Shown: one piece after another, positions 6,759-14,153 of the stretch
How positions within the stretch are numbered: position 1 is the stretch's first letter
Layout of the letters: every line of letters starts with the position of its first letter
Assembly (NCBI GenBank): GCA_043809245.1
Contig: JAZDDZ010000055.1
Span: 1-14,248, forward strand
Direction of reading: 5' to 3'
From: Candidatus Iainarchaeum sp.
GTDB lineage: Archaea; Iainarchaeota; Iainarchaeia; Iainarchaeales; JAZDDZ01
DNA length: 14,248 bases
Notes under the pieces: generated by a model
Database searches by the model: none
Told to the model about the DNA's origin: nothing
What the model saw: the letters and a program-made list of their open reading frames with translations, nothing else
Position numbers and translations under genes: made by a program

Positions 6759-7370
6759 ATGAAAACAGGAATTGCGCTTTTTGCGTTTCTGGTTTGCGCA
6801 CTGGTTCTTTTCAGCGGCTGCCCTGAGCCACCGAAACCTTTGGATGCGCTTCCGCCGGATTTCAAGATTGCTTATGGAACAGGCGCAATGCATTTGGAGT
6901 GGGGCAGATACGAGTTCGCGGTGGATGCGGAAGGAAAGGCTTATTTTACAAAAGAACAGGGAATGTTCCTGGGCAAAACAAACGAATTCACTGTTTCAAA
7001 AGAAGAGCTGCTCGCGATTTACAATTCCGCGATTGAAAACGGTTTCTTTTCCCTGAACGCGGAATACAGCGACCCTTCAATCATGGATGGCGGGTGGTCG
7101 AGGATTGACATTACGGCAAACGGCGGCGAAAAAAAAGTGACCTTGTCGAACACAGCAAACAATGCCTTTGATGCAGTTGAGAAAAAAATAAACGAAGTTA
7201 TTTCTGCAAAACTCGGCGAGGGCGCTTATAGCTTTATTGACTTAATGGACGAGTGCCCTGCAAAAATTGCCGAATGCGAGGCAATGGAATGCGGCGGAAA
7301 AGCCGAATGCGACCTTTTTAACGCAGAATGCGATGAGTGGAAAGAATTCTGCAAAAAAGTTTTTATATAA
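6759..7370 (+). CDS. Putative lipoprotein with a Cys-rich acidic C-terminal tail
   Basis: Signal peptide ending in the lipobox-like LFSGC. The tail has six Cys, mostly in EC repeats. Confidence 0.8.
   Translation: MKTGIALFAFLVCALVLFSGCPEPPKPLDALPPDFKIAYGTGAMHLEWGRYEFAVDAEGKAYFTKEQGMFLGKTNEFTVSKEELLAIYNSAIENGFFSLNAEYSDPSIMDGGWSRIDITANGGEKKVTLSNTANNAFDAVEKKINEVISAKLGEGAYSFIDLMDECPAKIAECEAMECGGKAECDLFNAECDEWKEFCKKVFI
7362..7369 (+). promoter_or_regulatory. Candidate TATA box for lipoprotein 2, inside the last codons of lipoprotein 1
   Basis: AAAAAAG-TT-TTTATATA, 20-23 nt before ATG 7390/7393. Confidence 0.5.
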
Positions 7371-7389
7371 GTTTGTCCTTAGTTTTACC

Positions 7390-7815
7390 ATGATGAAGGC
7401 ATTTCTTGCTGTTCTTATTTTGACGGCATTGTTTTTCAGCGGTTGCCCCATAGACGACCGCCAGATTCTCTACAAGGAAATTCCAAACGCTTTCGTTTCA
7501 AAGGAATGTGAATCGGTTAAGGATGATGCGTGCGCTCTTTTTGCCTGCACTATTGAGAGCTGCTGGTGCGATGATGGAAGTTTCCCCAGCCCTGTGCTCA
7601 AAGAGGGAAGCGGAATAATCGCGGATGACTCGGGCGCTGTTTCAGCAGCGGAAGCATATGTGCAGGCAAGCGGCTCCGATTACTCTGATGTAAGAAACGC
7701 CGCAAAAATCAGCGAAGTTTTCTGGAATGTTTTTGCTTTCAATGCCTCGGGCGATGAAAAGGTTTTCACTGTTGCGGTTGACGGCACAATAATTGCAACG
7801 GTTTGCGGTGTGTGA
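7390..7815 (+). CDS. Putative Cys-rich lipoprotein (C-terminal part weakly PepSY-like)
   Basis: True start is MMKAFLAVLILTALFFSGC (ATG 7390/7393). Contains C-x6-C-x4-C-x4-CWC and ends in VCGV. The upstream extension in the ORF track overlaps lipoprotein 1. Confidence 0.8.
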   Translation: MMKAFLAVLILTALFFSGCPIDDRQILYKEIPNAFVSKECESVKDDACALFACTIESCWCDDGSFPSPVLKEGSGIIADDSGAVSAAEAYVQASGSDYSDVRNAAKISEVFWNVFAFNASGDEKVFTVAVDGTIIATVCGV

Positions 7816-7827
7816 AATAATTTGTTT

Positions 7828-8568
7828 TCAGGCGCCGACGAGAATTTTTATTGAAACCATGAACGCTATTCCCGCGAGGAAGAAGGCAAAGGAGCCAAAG
7901 TATTTTTTGAAGCTTTTTTCCTTGTGCAGCTGGGGTATTAGGTCACTTGCGCCAATGTAAATGAATCCCCCCGCTGCAAAAGGCAGTAGCAGCGGGACTA
8001 TTCCCGTGCCGCCGATAAAGAAAAAGCCGAGTATTCCGCCTAAAATGCTTGCCATCTGCGCGACAAAATTATAGAAAAGCGCTTTTTTCCTTTCCATTCC
8101 CCCGAAAACCATTACCCCGAAATCGCCGAGCTCCTGCGGAAGCTCATGGCCGATTATTATCAGCGTGGTTACTATTCCAAAGCCGCTGTTTACCAGAAAA
8201 CTTGCGGCAATGACTAACCCGTCAATGAAGTTATGCATTGCGTCGCCGAAAAGAATCATGTAAGAGAAAGCATGCACGTCGCATTTGCCTTCATGGCAGT
8301 GATGCCAGTAGAGAAATCTTTCAAGCAGAAAGAAAACAATGAATCCAACGAAAAGATAAGCGAATGCCTCCATTACAGGCAGCTGCTCAAGCGATTCCGC
8401 GAGCAAGTGAAAGAATGCTCCGCTCAAGAGTGCTCCTGCGGAAAAGCCGACAAGCGCAAGAAGGATGCTTTCAAGCTTTTCCTTTGAAATGAATAAGGAG
8501 AATGCGCCGACAAATGCCACAAGGCTGTTTGCAATAGTTGCGGCCAGAATCCATAAAAGTGCATCCAT
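7828..8568 (-). CDS. ZIP family divalent metal (Zn/Fe) transporter
   Basis: FSAGALL, His-rich loop HHCHEGKCDVH, HNFIDG, HELPQELGDF and AGGFIYIGASDLIP. Confidence 0.95.
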   Translation of the reverse strand: MDALLWILAATIANSLVAFVGAFSLFISKEKLESILLALVGFSAGALLSGAFFHLLAESLEQLPVMEAFAYLFVGFIVFFLLERFLYWHHCHEGKCDVHAFSYMILFGDAMHNFIDGLVIAASFLVNSGFGIVTTLIIIGHELPQELGDFGVMVFGGMERKKALFYNFVAQMASILGGILGFFFIGGTGIVPLLLPFAAGGFIYIGASDLIPQLHKEKSFKKYFGSFAFFLAGIAFMVSIKILVGA

Positions 8569-8587
8569 TCAAATTACCCGAAATTGA

Positions 8588-8974
8588 TTACCCTGTGAGC
8601 TGGATGAAGCTCATCTTTATTTCAAGGCCCTCTGCCGCCTTTCCTTTCACAAATGTAGCGGTTAAGGGGTTTTTGTCCGCGGTTGAAACATTCATTGAGC
8701 CGTATAATTCGCCGTAATGGTGCTTGAAGTTGCCTGAGGCGCGAAGAATCTGCTGGTTTTTCAAAACCTTTGACTCATACCTGCTTCCGTTCATGTAATT
8801 CACTGTTGCCTCGCGCAGAATGCCGTTCATGTCCTCTACCTTTGCCTGCTCTATTTCGTGCTCTGCCATTGCCTTTTTAATGGAGTCAAGGACTATGTCG
8901 CCTTCATCCAATACAAGCCTTAACACTTTTTTTTCGCCTTTTTTCTTGAACAACTGCGCATCAATGTACGGCAT
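8588..8974 (-). CDS. DUF296/PPC-domain protein, atypical
   Basis: RLVLDEGDIVLDSIKK...GILREATV...ILRASGN matches the DUF296 N-terminus. SD GGGGTGA precedes ATG 8974. The HxH and GGH motifs are absent. Confidence 0.7.
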   Translation of the reverse strand: MPYIDAQLFKKKGEKKVLRLVLDEGDIVLDSIKKAMAEHEIEQAKVEDMNGILREATVNYMNGSRYESKVLKNQQILRASGNFKHHYGELYGSMNVSTADKNPLTATFVKGKAAEGLEIKMSFIQLTG

Positions 8975-9056
8975 CAAAAATCACCCCAAAATGGAAGATT
9001 AATGAATATTGCATCAAATAATTTAAATAGCGTGTTCCAAGGCGGATTAAACATAA

Positions 9057-9701
9057 TTATTTCAGTATCTTCCCTGTTTCCGCGCACCAGAGGTACAAGT
9101 CCAGTTCCGCCAGATTCATTCCAGCTTTGGCAGCGACTTTTTCCAGCACTTTTTCAATCTCCAGATATTGTTTTCGTGAAAGCGCCTTGCTTTTCGGCTT
9201 TTCAATCAGGCCATGCTCCGCTAGGATGTCTGCAATGTGGAAGTCAATTATTGCCAAATTCTTGAAGCCAATGTTGCGCAGAAAATGGCTTGCCTCTTTA
9301 TAGCCCAAGCCTTTCACGTTTTCCGCTAACCAGTGCCTTGCCTCTGCCTCTGAAGAAAAAGACTTGATTGTATCCTTCAATGAAGCCGCGTGCTTTCTTG
9401 CTTCTGAGATATACTTTGCCCTTGTATTGGGATAGCGGTAGCCCAGTTGCTTCAATTTTTTTGCAAGCTTTTTTTCTGAAAGGGAAAAAAAACCGTCACC
9501 CAGCGCTTCCTGAATCTTTATTGCCCTTTCCGCGTTAAAGTTCGCGGTCAAAAGGCAGAAACACAACTCATTGAACAATTCCTTGCTTTCCTTCTTGCCC
9601 AAACCGCTGAATTCATCCATTCGCGCGCAGACAAGCTTTCCCTCAGAGCCTTTCTTCAAGGCATTGACGCATAAAAGAAGCTTTTTCATATCAAATAACA
9701 T
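9057..9701 (-). CDS. ogg: 8-oxoguanine DNA glycosylase/AP lyase (archaeal/Thermotoga Ogg type)
   Basis: ELCFCLLTAN, RYPNTRAKYI, HhH motif KGLGYKEASHFLRNIG, AIIDFHI, LDLYLW and terminal GKILK. Confidence 0.95.
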   Translation of the reverse strand: MLFDMKKLLLCVNALKKGSEGKLVCARMDEFSGLGKKESKELFNELCFCLLTANFNAERAIKIQEALGDGFFSLSEKKLAKKLKQLGYRYPNTRAKYISEARKHAASLKDTIKSFSSEAEARHWLAENVKGLGYKEASHFLRNIGFKNLAIIDFHIADILAEHGLIEKPKSKALSRKQYLEIEKVLEKVAAKAGMNLAELDLYLWCAETGKILK

Positions 9702-9740
9702 TTACCCCAAAAGGATTAAATGCATTAATCAGATTTGGCA

Positions 9741-10373
9741 TCAGCCGACTATCTTCGCCTTGTAAGTCTTGAACACTTCCAGGCCCAAAATCTGCTCTTT
9801 TGTCACCTTTGAGAAATCGCAGTCAACCGCAAACTGGTCCGGGGAAATGTATTTCACTCCTTTGACCCCTTCAAGCTTTTTCAATTCATCCACAATAAGC
9901 GCCGCATGGCCCGAACAGGGAATTTCAACCTGCAAAGTGATTATTGAGCTTGCCTCAGGCTGCGATTGAACTCCCGCTGTTGCGCCAAGCGATGCTGCAG
10001 CGGTTACATTGCTGCCGAAAGAGCCGGTGTCAAAGTTTGCAGTCAAGGGAAAAACGAACAGGAAAAGGAAAAGGTTCACGCCGATTGTTGTTCCGTACAT
10101 CAAGGAAAGGTACTGCTTTTTCCTTTTCACGCCGTTCCAGGAAAGAATTCCGTTTTTCCTGAGGTAAAGGGCAGCTGAAACAGTCGCGAAAACGAATGAA
10201 AGCGCGATAAGGAAGTGGAAGAAAAACGGGTTCAAAAGCAAGGGCTTGAAGAATTCCACTGCAACAGTCACGCCGAGAATTGACGCGGCAATGAATGCAA
10301 TGCAGCCAATGTGCGGCATCAAACCGTAAATTAGCCCCTCCTTCAGGGAAAGCTTTGCTTTTTCTTCGGGCAC
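9741..10373 (-). CDS. 3-TM membrane protein with a C-terminal heavy-metal-associated (HMA-like) domain
   Basis: TM1 carries PHIGC. The C-terminal ITLQVEIPCSGHAALIVDELKKLEGVKGV...VDCDFSKVTKEQI fits the HMA fold, with CxxH in place of CxxC. Confidence 0.8.
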   Translation of the reverse strand: MPEEKAKLSLKEGLIYGLMPHIGCIAFIAASILGVTVAVEFFKPLLLNPFFFHFLIALSFVFATVSAALYLRKNGILSWNGVKRKKQYLSLMYGTTIGVNLFLFLFVFPLTANFDTGSFGSNVTAAASLGATAGVQSQPEASSIITLQVEIPCSGHAALIVDELKKLEGVKGVKYISPDQFAVDCDFSKVTKEQILGLEVFKTYKAKIVG

Positions 10374-10402
10374 TCTTCCACGCTCACTAAAAAAGAAACA
10401 TT

Positions 10403-10438
10403 TGCTTTACAGTATGTGTAAAGCATTACATTTAAATA
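10403..10438 (-). promoter_or_regulatory. TATA box followed by a 9-5-9 palindrome (putative operator) upstream of the HMA gene
   Basis: TGCTTTACA-GTATG-TGTAAAGCA at 10403-10425. TATTTAAA on the minus strand at 10431-10438. Confidence 0.7.
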
Positions 10439-10525
10439 TGGATATGTGTTAGGCGCTTGCCTTGCTTTGGCGTGAAAGAGCTGAACGGCTTCCTTCAGCG
10501 GCGAAGCTGGCTTTCCCACGGTTTC

Positions 10526-11203
10526 TCAACCCAGGATTGCAAACACGAATAAGAGATAGTAAAGAGATATTGCAAGCATTATTGTTCCTGCCGCCAGGTT
10601 TATTTTTCTCTTGTGCTTTGCCATGAAGTCAAGCAATGCGTTGCCTGAAGCCGCTGAAACAACTGAAAGCAAGAGCAAGGGCGCGCCTATGCCCAGACCG
10701 AAGAAAAGAAAGTTAAGAATGTTTTCTATGGGGCTTGCGATGAGGACTGACCTTGCGAGTAGCGCGGCAATGAAAGCAGGATTGCAGGGAAGCACTATTG
10801 CACCGAAAAAAAAGCCGAAAATAAGCGCGCTAGACAAAGGGTTTTTGACAATCGGGGCATTGATTTTTGGGAACAGCCTTCCAAAATCAACGTTTAATAT
10901 CAACAGAACGCTTATAGCGGCAAGAACAAAAAATGCAGCCGGAGAAATTATGCCAATCACATTTGTAAGCGAAACCTGCAGGACCGTTGAAAAAAGCAAG
11001 CCAAACAACAGCATGAAAAAAATAACCCCTGAAACAACTACAAGCCCGAGAAAAGGAATGTGTTTGCCGCCAGGTTTTTCACCACCCATACGCCCTGCTA
11101 GGAACGCGAGAAAACCAGGGTAAACAGGAAGCACGCATAACGCGCCAAGGGGCGTGAGCAAGCCGAGAATGAAAGCAGTTGCGATTCCCGCAAAGTCAAT
11201 CAT
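10526..11203 (-). CDS. ccdA: CcdA/DsbD-type transmembrane disulfide reductase
   Basis: Six TM segments with two redox Cys motifs (ALCVLPVYP and LPCNP), GLGIGAPLL and INLAAGTIM. Confidence 0.88.
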   Translation of the reverse strand: MIDFAGIATAFILGLLTPLGALCVLPVYPGFLAFLAGRMGGEKPGGKHIPFLGLVVVSGVIFFMLLFGLLFSTVLQVSLTNVIGIISPAAFFVLAAISVLLILNVDFGRLFPKINAPIVKNPLSSALIFGFFFGAIVLPCNPAFIAALLARSVLIASPIENILNFLFFGLGIGAPLLLLSVVSAASGNALLDFMAKHKRKINLAAGTIMLAISLYYLLFVFAILG

Positions 11204-11204
11204 G

Positions 11205-11795
11205 TCAGCACCCGGCCTCTATTTCGTTTTTCAGGTCCTCAGCGGTTTTAACCCCGTTTCTGAGGAATCTCGCAGACTGGTCTTCGCACACCAGAATTAC
11301 AGGCGCGCTCGGCGCGTTAACCACTGTCAATCCAAACTCGCTTATGAGCGCCTGGGTCATTTCAGCCGGTGAAACAGCATAATGCCAGCCAAAGCCATTT
11401 CTTGCAATGTGTTCCCTGACTCTTGCAGTGTCTTCATTGGGGTCAGTGTCAACCGATACTGCAACAAAGGAATCCCCTTCGGAGTCCTTGAGTTTTTTAA
11501 TCTCTTTCTGTTGTTCAAGGCACACAGGGCACCACACCGCAAAGCTTTCCAGCACAACTGCTTTTCCCGTGAAATCTGAAACCTTAAAACTGTTTCCCGT
11601 GCCAATATCGGTTAGTGAAATGCTTTTCCATCCGGCAGTTTCAGAGGAAGGCAAAGAGTTTGCAACTGTTCCCTGATTGGCATCAGCGTCAGATAAAGCA
11701 GAGGGCTGCGCGGAAGGCGTTGTATCAACCGATGAAATGCAGCCTGCAAGCAACAAAAAAGCCAAAAAAAATGCCGCAAAAACAAATTTTTCCAT
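11205..11795 (-). CDS. TlpA/thioredoxin-like lipoprotein
   Basis: Lipobox LLAGC, a Ser/Thr/Pro linker, then GKAVVLESFAVWCPVC and VSVDTDPNE. Confidence 0.9.
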   Translation of the reverse strand: MEKFVFAAFFLAFLLLAGCISSVDTTPSAQPSALSDADANQGTVANSLPSSETAGWKSISLTDIGTGNSFKVSDFTGKAVVLESFAVWCPVCLEQQKEIKKLKDSEGDSFVAVSVDTDPNEDTARVREHIARNGFGWHYAVSPAEMTQALISEFGLTVVNAPSAPVILVCEDQSARFLRNGVKTAEDLKNEIEAGC

Positions 11796-11826
11796 TCAAA
11801 TCACCGAAAAAAATTTTTCGCAGCAC

Positions 11827-12444
11827 CTATTTCAGCAGCTTCTCCAGCCTTTCGCCTGCTTCCTTCCAGTTTGCAACGCTCCAGAAGCATTCAATGAATT
11901 TTCCGCGGTCGTTTTTGTAGTCAAGGTAGTAGGCGTGCTCGAAAACGTCCAGCACCAAGAGAATCTTGAATGAAGGATAAACATTTGTGTTGTGCTTTTC
12001 TATCTGCATTATAATTGGCCTGTTTGTTTTCATGCAGTAACTTAGCGCAGCCCAGCCGGAGCCCTCGGCGCTTGCAGCCGCCTTCGTGAATTCGCTTTTG
12101 AACCTTTCAAAGGAACCGAATTCCTTGCTGATTTCTTCCGCTAATTTGCCTTCAGGTGTTCCGCCTCCGCCTTTTCCCGCGGGAGCCATGTTCTCCCAGA
12201 AAAGAGAGTGAAGAATGTGCCCGCCGATTTGGAAGGAAAGGTCTTTGAGAGTTGCCTTCATGTCCAAGTCAGCGCCTTCTTGCCTTGCCTTGTCAAGTTT
12301 TTCAAGAATTGCATTCGCGCCCTTCACATAGGCTGCGTGGTGTTTTTCATAGTGAATCTGCAATTGCTGTTCGGAAATGAACGGCGCAAGGCCAGCGTAA
12401 TTGTAAGGCAGTTTCGGCTGCGAGTAAAATTTTTTTTCATCCAT
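11827..12444 (-). CDS. sod: Fe/Mn superoxide dismutase
   Basis: LPYNYAGLAP, HYEKHHAAYV, GGHILHSLFW, GSGWAAL, EKHN and DVFEHAYY. ATG 12444 follows GGGGG; TTG 12450 is an alternative. Confidence 0.96.
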   Translation of the reverse strand: MDEKKFYSQPKLPYNYAGLAPFISEQQLQIHYEKHHAAYVKGANAILEKLDKARQEGADLDMKATLKDLSFQIGGHILHSLFWENMAPAGKGGGGTPEGKLAEEISKEFGSFERFKSEFTKAAASAEGSGWAALSYCMKTNRPIIMQIEKHNTNVYPSFKILLVLDVFEHAYYLDYKNDRGKFIECFWSVANWKEAGERLEKLLK

Positions 12445-12456
12445 GAACAAACCCCC

Positions 12457-12738
12457 TTATTTTTTCAGCTCTTCAACTTCTTCTTTTCCGTGAGCCAGCT
12501 CTTTTTCCTGTTCCTTGTCAAGTTCAAGCAAAAGCGCCTGGAATTCGCCCACATGGGTTTTCTCTTCCTTCGCTATGTCCACCAGAACCTTTTTTATGTT
12601 CTCATTTTCAGCCATTGCCGCCAGCTGCTCGTAAAGGCTCACAGCATCAAGCTCCGCGATTATTCCAACCCTTAGAATCTCCTTGTCTATCTGGCCCTTG
12701 CTCAGGTTCTCCAACTTTTGGGGAATTTGTGACATCAT
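12457..12738 (-). CDS. Short ferritin-like protein (EncFtn/Flp-type half-ferritin)
   Basis: IIAELDAVSLYEQ...DIAKEEKTHVGEF, two helices with an ExxH di-iron motif. SD GAGGTGG. Confidence 0.88.
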   Translation of the reverse strand: MMSQIPQKLENLSKGQIDKEILRVGIIAELDAVSLYEQLAAMAENENIKKVLVDIAKEEKTHVGEFQALLLELDKEQEKELAHGKEEVEELKK

Positions 12739-12774
12739 TTCATACCACCTCTAGTAAAAGTATGGCGGGTTAAG

Positions 12775-12781
12775 TTTAAAA
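12775..12781 (-). promoter_or_regulatory. Candidate TATA box for the flp-sod-tlpA-ccdA operon
   Basis: TTTTAAA on the minus strand, about 36 nt upstream of ATG 12738. Confidence 0.45.
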
Positions 12782-12800
12782 TTTTGGCTGCGGAAAACAA

Positions 12801-14153
12801 TCAGATCCACACGAATGTCGCGAAAACAGCAAGCAAAAGAGACGCAAGTAAGGAAAGAAGCAAACCTGATTTCGCCATCTGCAATACATTCACGTAGCCC
12901 GTGGAGTAAGCGATTGCATTTGGCGGAGTTCCCATCGGAGCAGTGAAATCAAGAGAGACGCCAACTGCAACAATCACTATGAGCACCTCGGGGCGAACGC
13001 CTATAATCGGCGCCAAAGGAATCATTAGCGGAATCATTATTGCTGCGCTCGCTGTATTGCTTGCAAACATTGTGAGCAAAACACTGAAAACCGAGATAAC
13101 GAATATGACTAAGAACAACGGCTGCCCTATGACAATGCCCTGAATCAGCGAGGCTACAAAAGAGTCAAAGCCGCTTTGGTGGAAGGCATAACCCAAAGCG
13201 ATTCCGCTTCCAATCAAGGAAAGAATTCCCCAGTCAACCCTGCCGAAATCCTTTTCATCAACCAGCTTCAAAAGATATAGGAGGATTATGGGAACGATTG
13301 CGACAACGCTGTTCACCAGGCCGAACTGCTCCCCGAAAATCCATAAAAGAATTGTGACAAAAAAAATCCCCAAAACTTTTTCCTGGTTTCCATTCAATTT
13401 CATGTCCCTTAACTCAACGTCCACTTTATCTATCTCTGGCTTGAAGAGATAGCGCACCACAACCCAAATCACCAAGAGAAAAACGACAACGAATGGAAGG
13501 CCGTAAAGCATCCAGTCAGTGAAGCCGAATGAAACTCCCATTTCGTTTATGTATTTTGCTGCAAGCGGGTTTGGAGTGGAGCCAACCAATGTCCCCAAAC
13601 CACCTATTGTTGCAGCGTATGCAACGCATAAAATGAATGCCCTTGCAAAATTTGATTTTCCAGGGTCAAGCTTGTTCTTCCTTATGATGTAAAGCGCAAT
13701 TGGAATCATCACCGCCGCACTTGCGGTGTTTGAAACCCAGAAGGAAAGAAAAGCAGTCAAAGCCATGAAGCCGAGTATAAGCCATTTTGGGTCATGCCCG
13801 AAATGCCTTGCCGCGCGCAAAGCAATCAATTCATCCAACTCAAATTTCTGCAGCGCCAACGCGAGCATGAAACCGCCAAGCAAAAGCATTACAACCGGGT
13901 CAAAGTAGTTGGGGAAAATCTGCGCGGGAGTGAAGCCGCCTAAAACAATTAACAGGAAGGCAATCATCAGGCCTGTAACGTGAAGCTCTATTACCTCTGA
14001 AAACCAGTAAACGACTGCGAGAACGGTTATTCCGAAAACGATTTTCGCCTGAGGGGGAATAGGCAAATCAAGCGAGTAAGCCAGAAAGCCAAGTATAGGG
14101 CCGAGCACTATAGCGAATGATTTATATATTTGAACATTCCTATATAGTATCAT
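12801..14153 (-). CDS. SLC13/DASS family Na+/anion (dicarboxylate or sulfate) symporter; native 5' end probably replaced by IS sequence
   Basis: Two SNT motifs (WVSNTA, FASNTA), TIGGLGTLVGSTPN and PMGTPPNAIAY. The first 14 codons or so lie inside the proposed IS630 end. Confidence 0.9.
   Translation of the reverse strand: MILYRNVQIYKSFAIVLGPILGFLAYSLDLPIPPQAKIVFGITVLAVVYWFSEVIELHVTGLMIAFLLIVLGGFTPAQIFPNYFDPVVMLLLGGFMLALALQKFELDELIALRAARHFGHDPKWLILGFMALTAFLSFWVSNTASAAVMIPIALYIIRKNKLDPGKSNFARAFILCVAYAATIGGLGTLVGSTPNPLAAKYINEMGVSFGFTDWMLYGLPFVVVFLLVIWVVVRYLFKPEIDKVDVELRDMKLNGNQEKVLGIFFVTILLWIFGEQFGLVNSVVAIVPIILLYLLKLVDEKDFGRVDWGILSLIGSGIALGYAFHQSGFDSFVASLIQGIVIGQPLFLVIFVISVFSVLLTMFASNTASAAIMIPLMIPLAPIIGVRPEVLIVIVAVGVSLDFTAPMGTPPNAIAYSTGYVNVLQMAKSGLLLSLLASLLLAVFATFVWI

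Noticed and set aside
7267-7389. N-terminal extension of the 182-aa ORF
   Set aside because: It overlaps lipoprotein 1; the signal peptide begins at ATG 7390/7393.
9003-9016. TGAATATTGCATCA as a third TGAAT-N4-ATTCA site
   Set aside because: The right arm has two mismatches in AT-rich DNA, which is too weak to call.
12735-12743. ATG-AAA-TGA mini-ORF overlapping the ferritin start
   Set aside because: Its ATG is only 1 nt from the SD, whereas the spacing fits ATG 12738.
8233-13908. Many plus-strand ORFs (e.g. 10611-11123, 11615-11920, 12208-12675)
   Set aside because: They are antisense to clearly identified genes and carry no family motifs.
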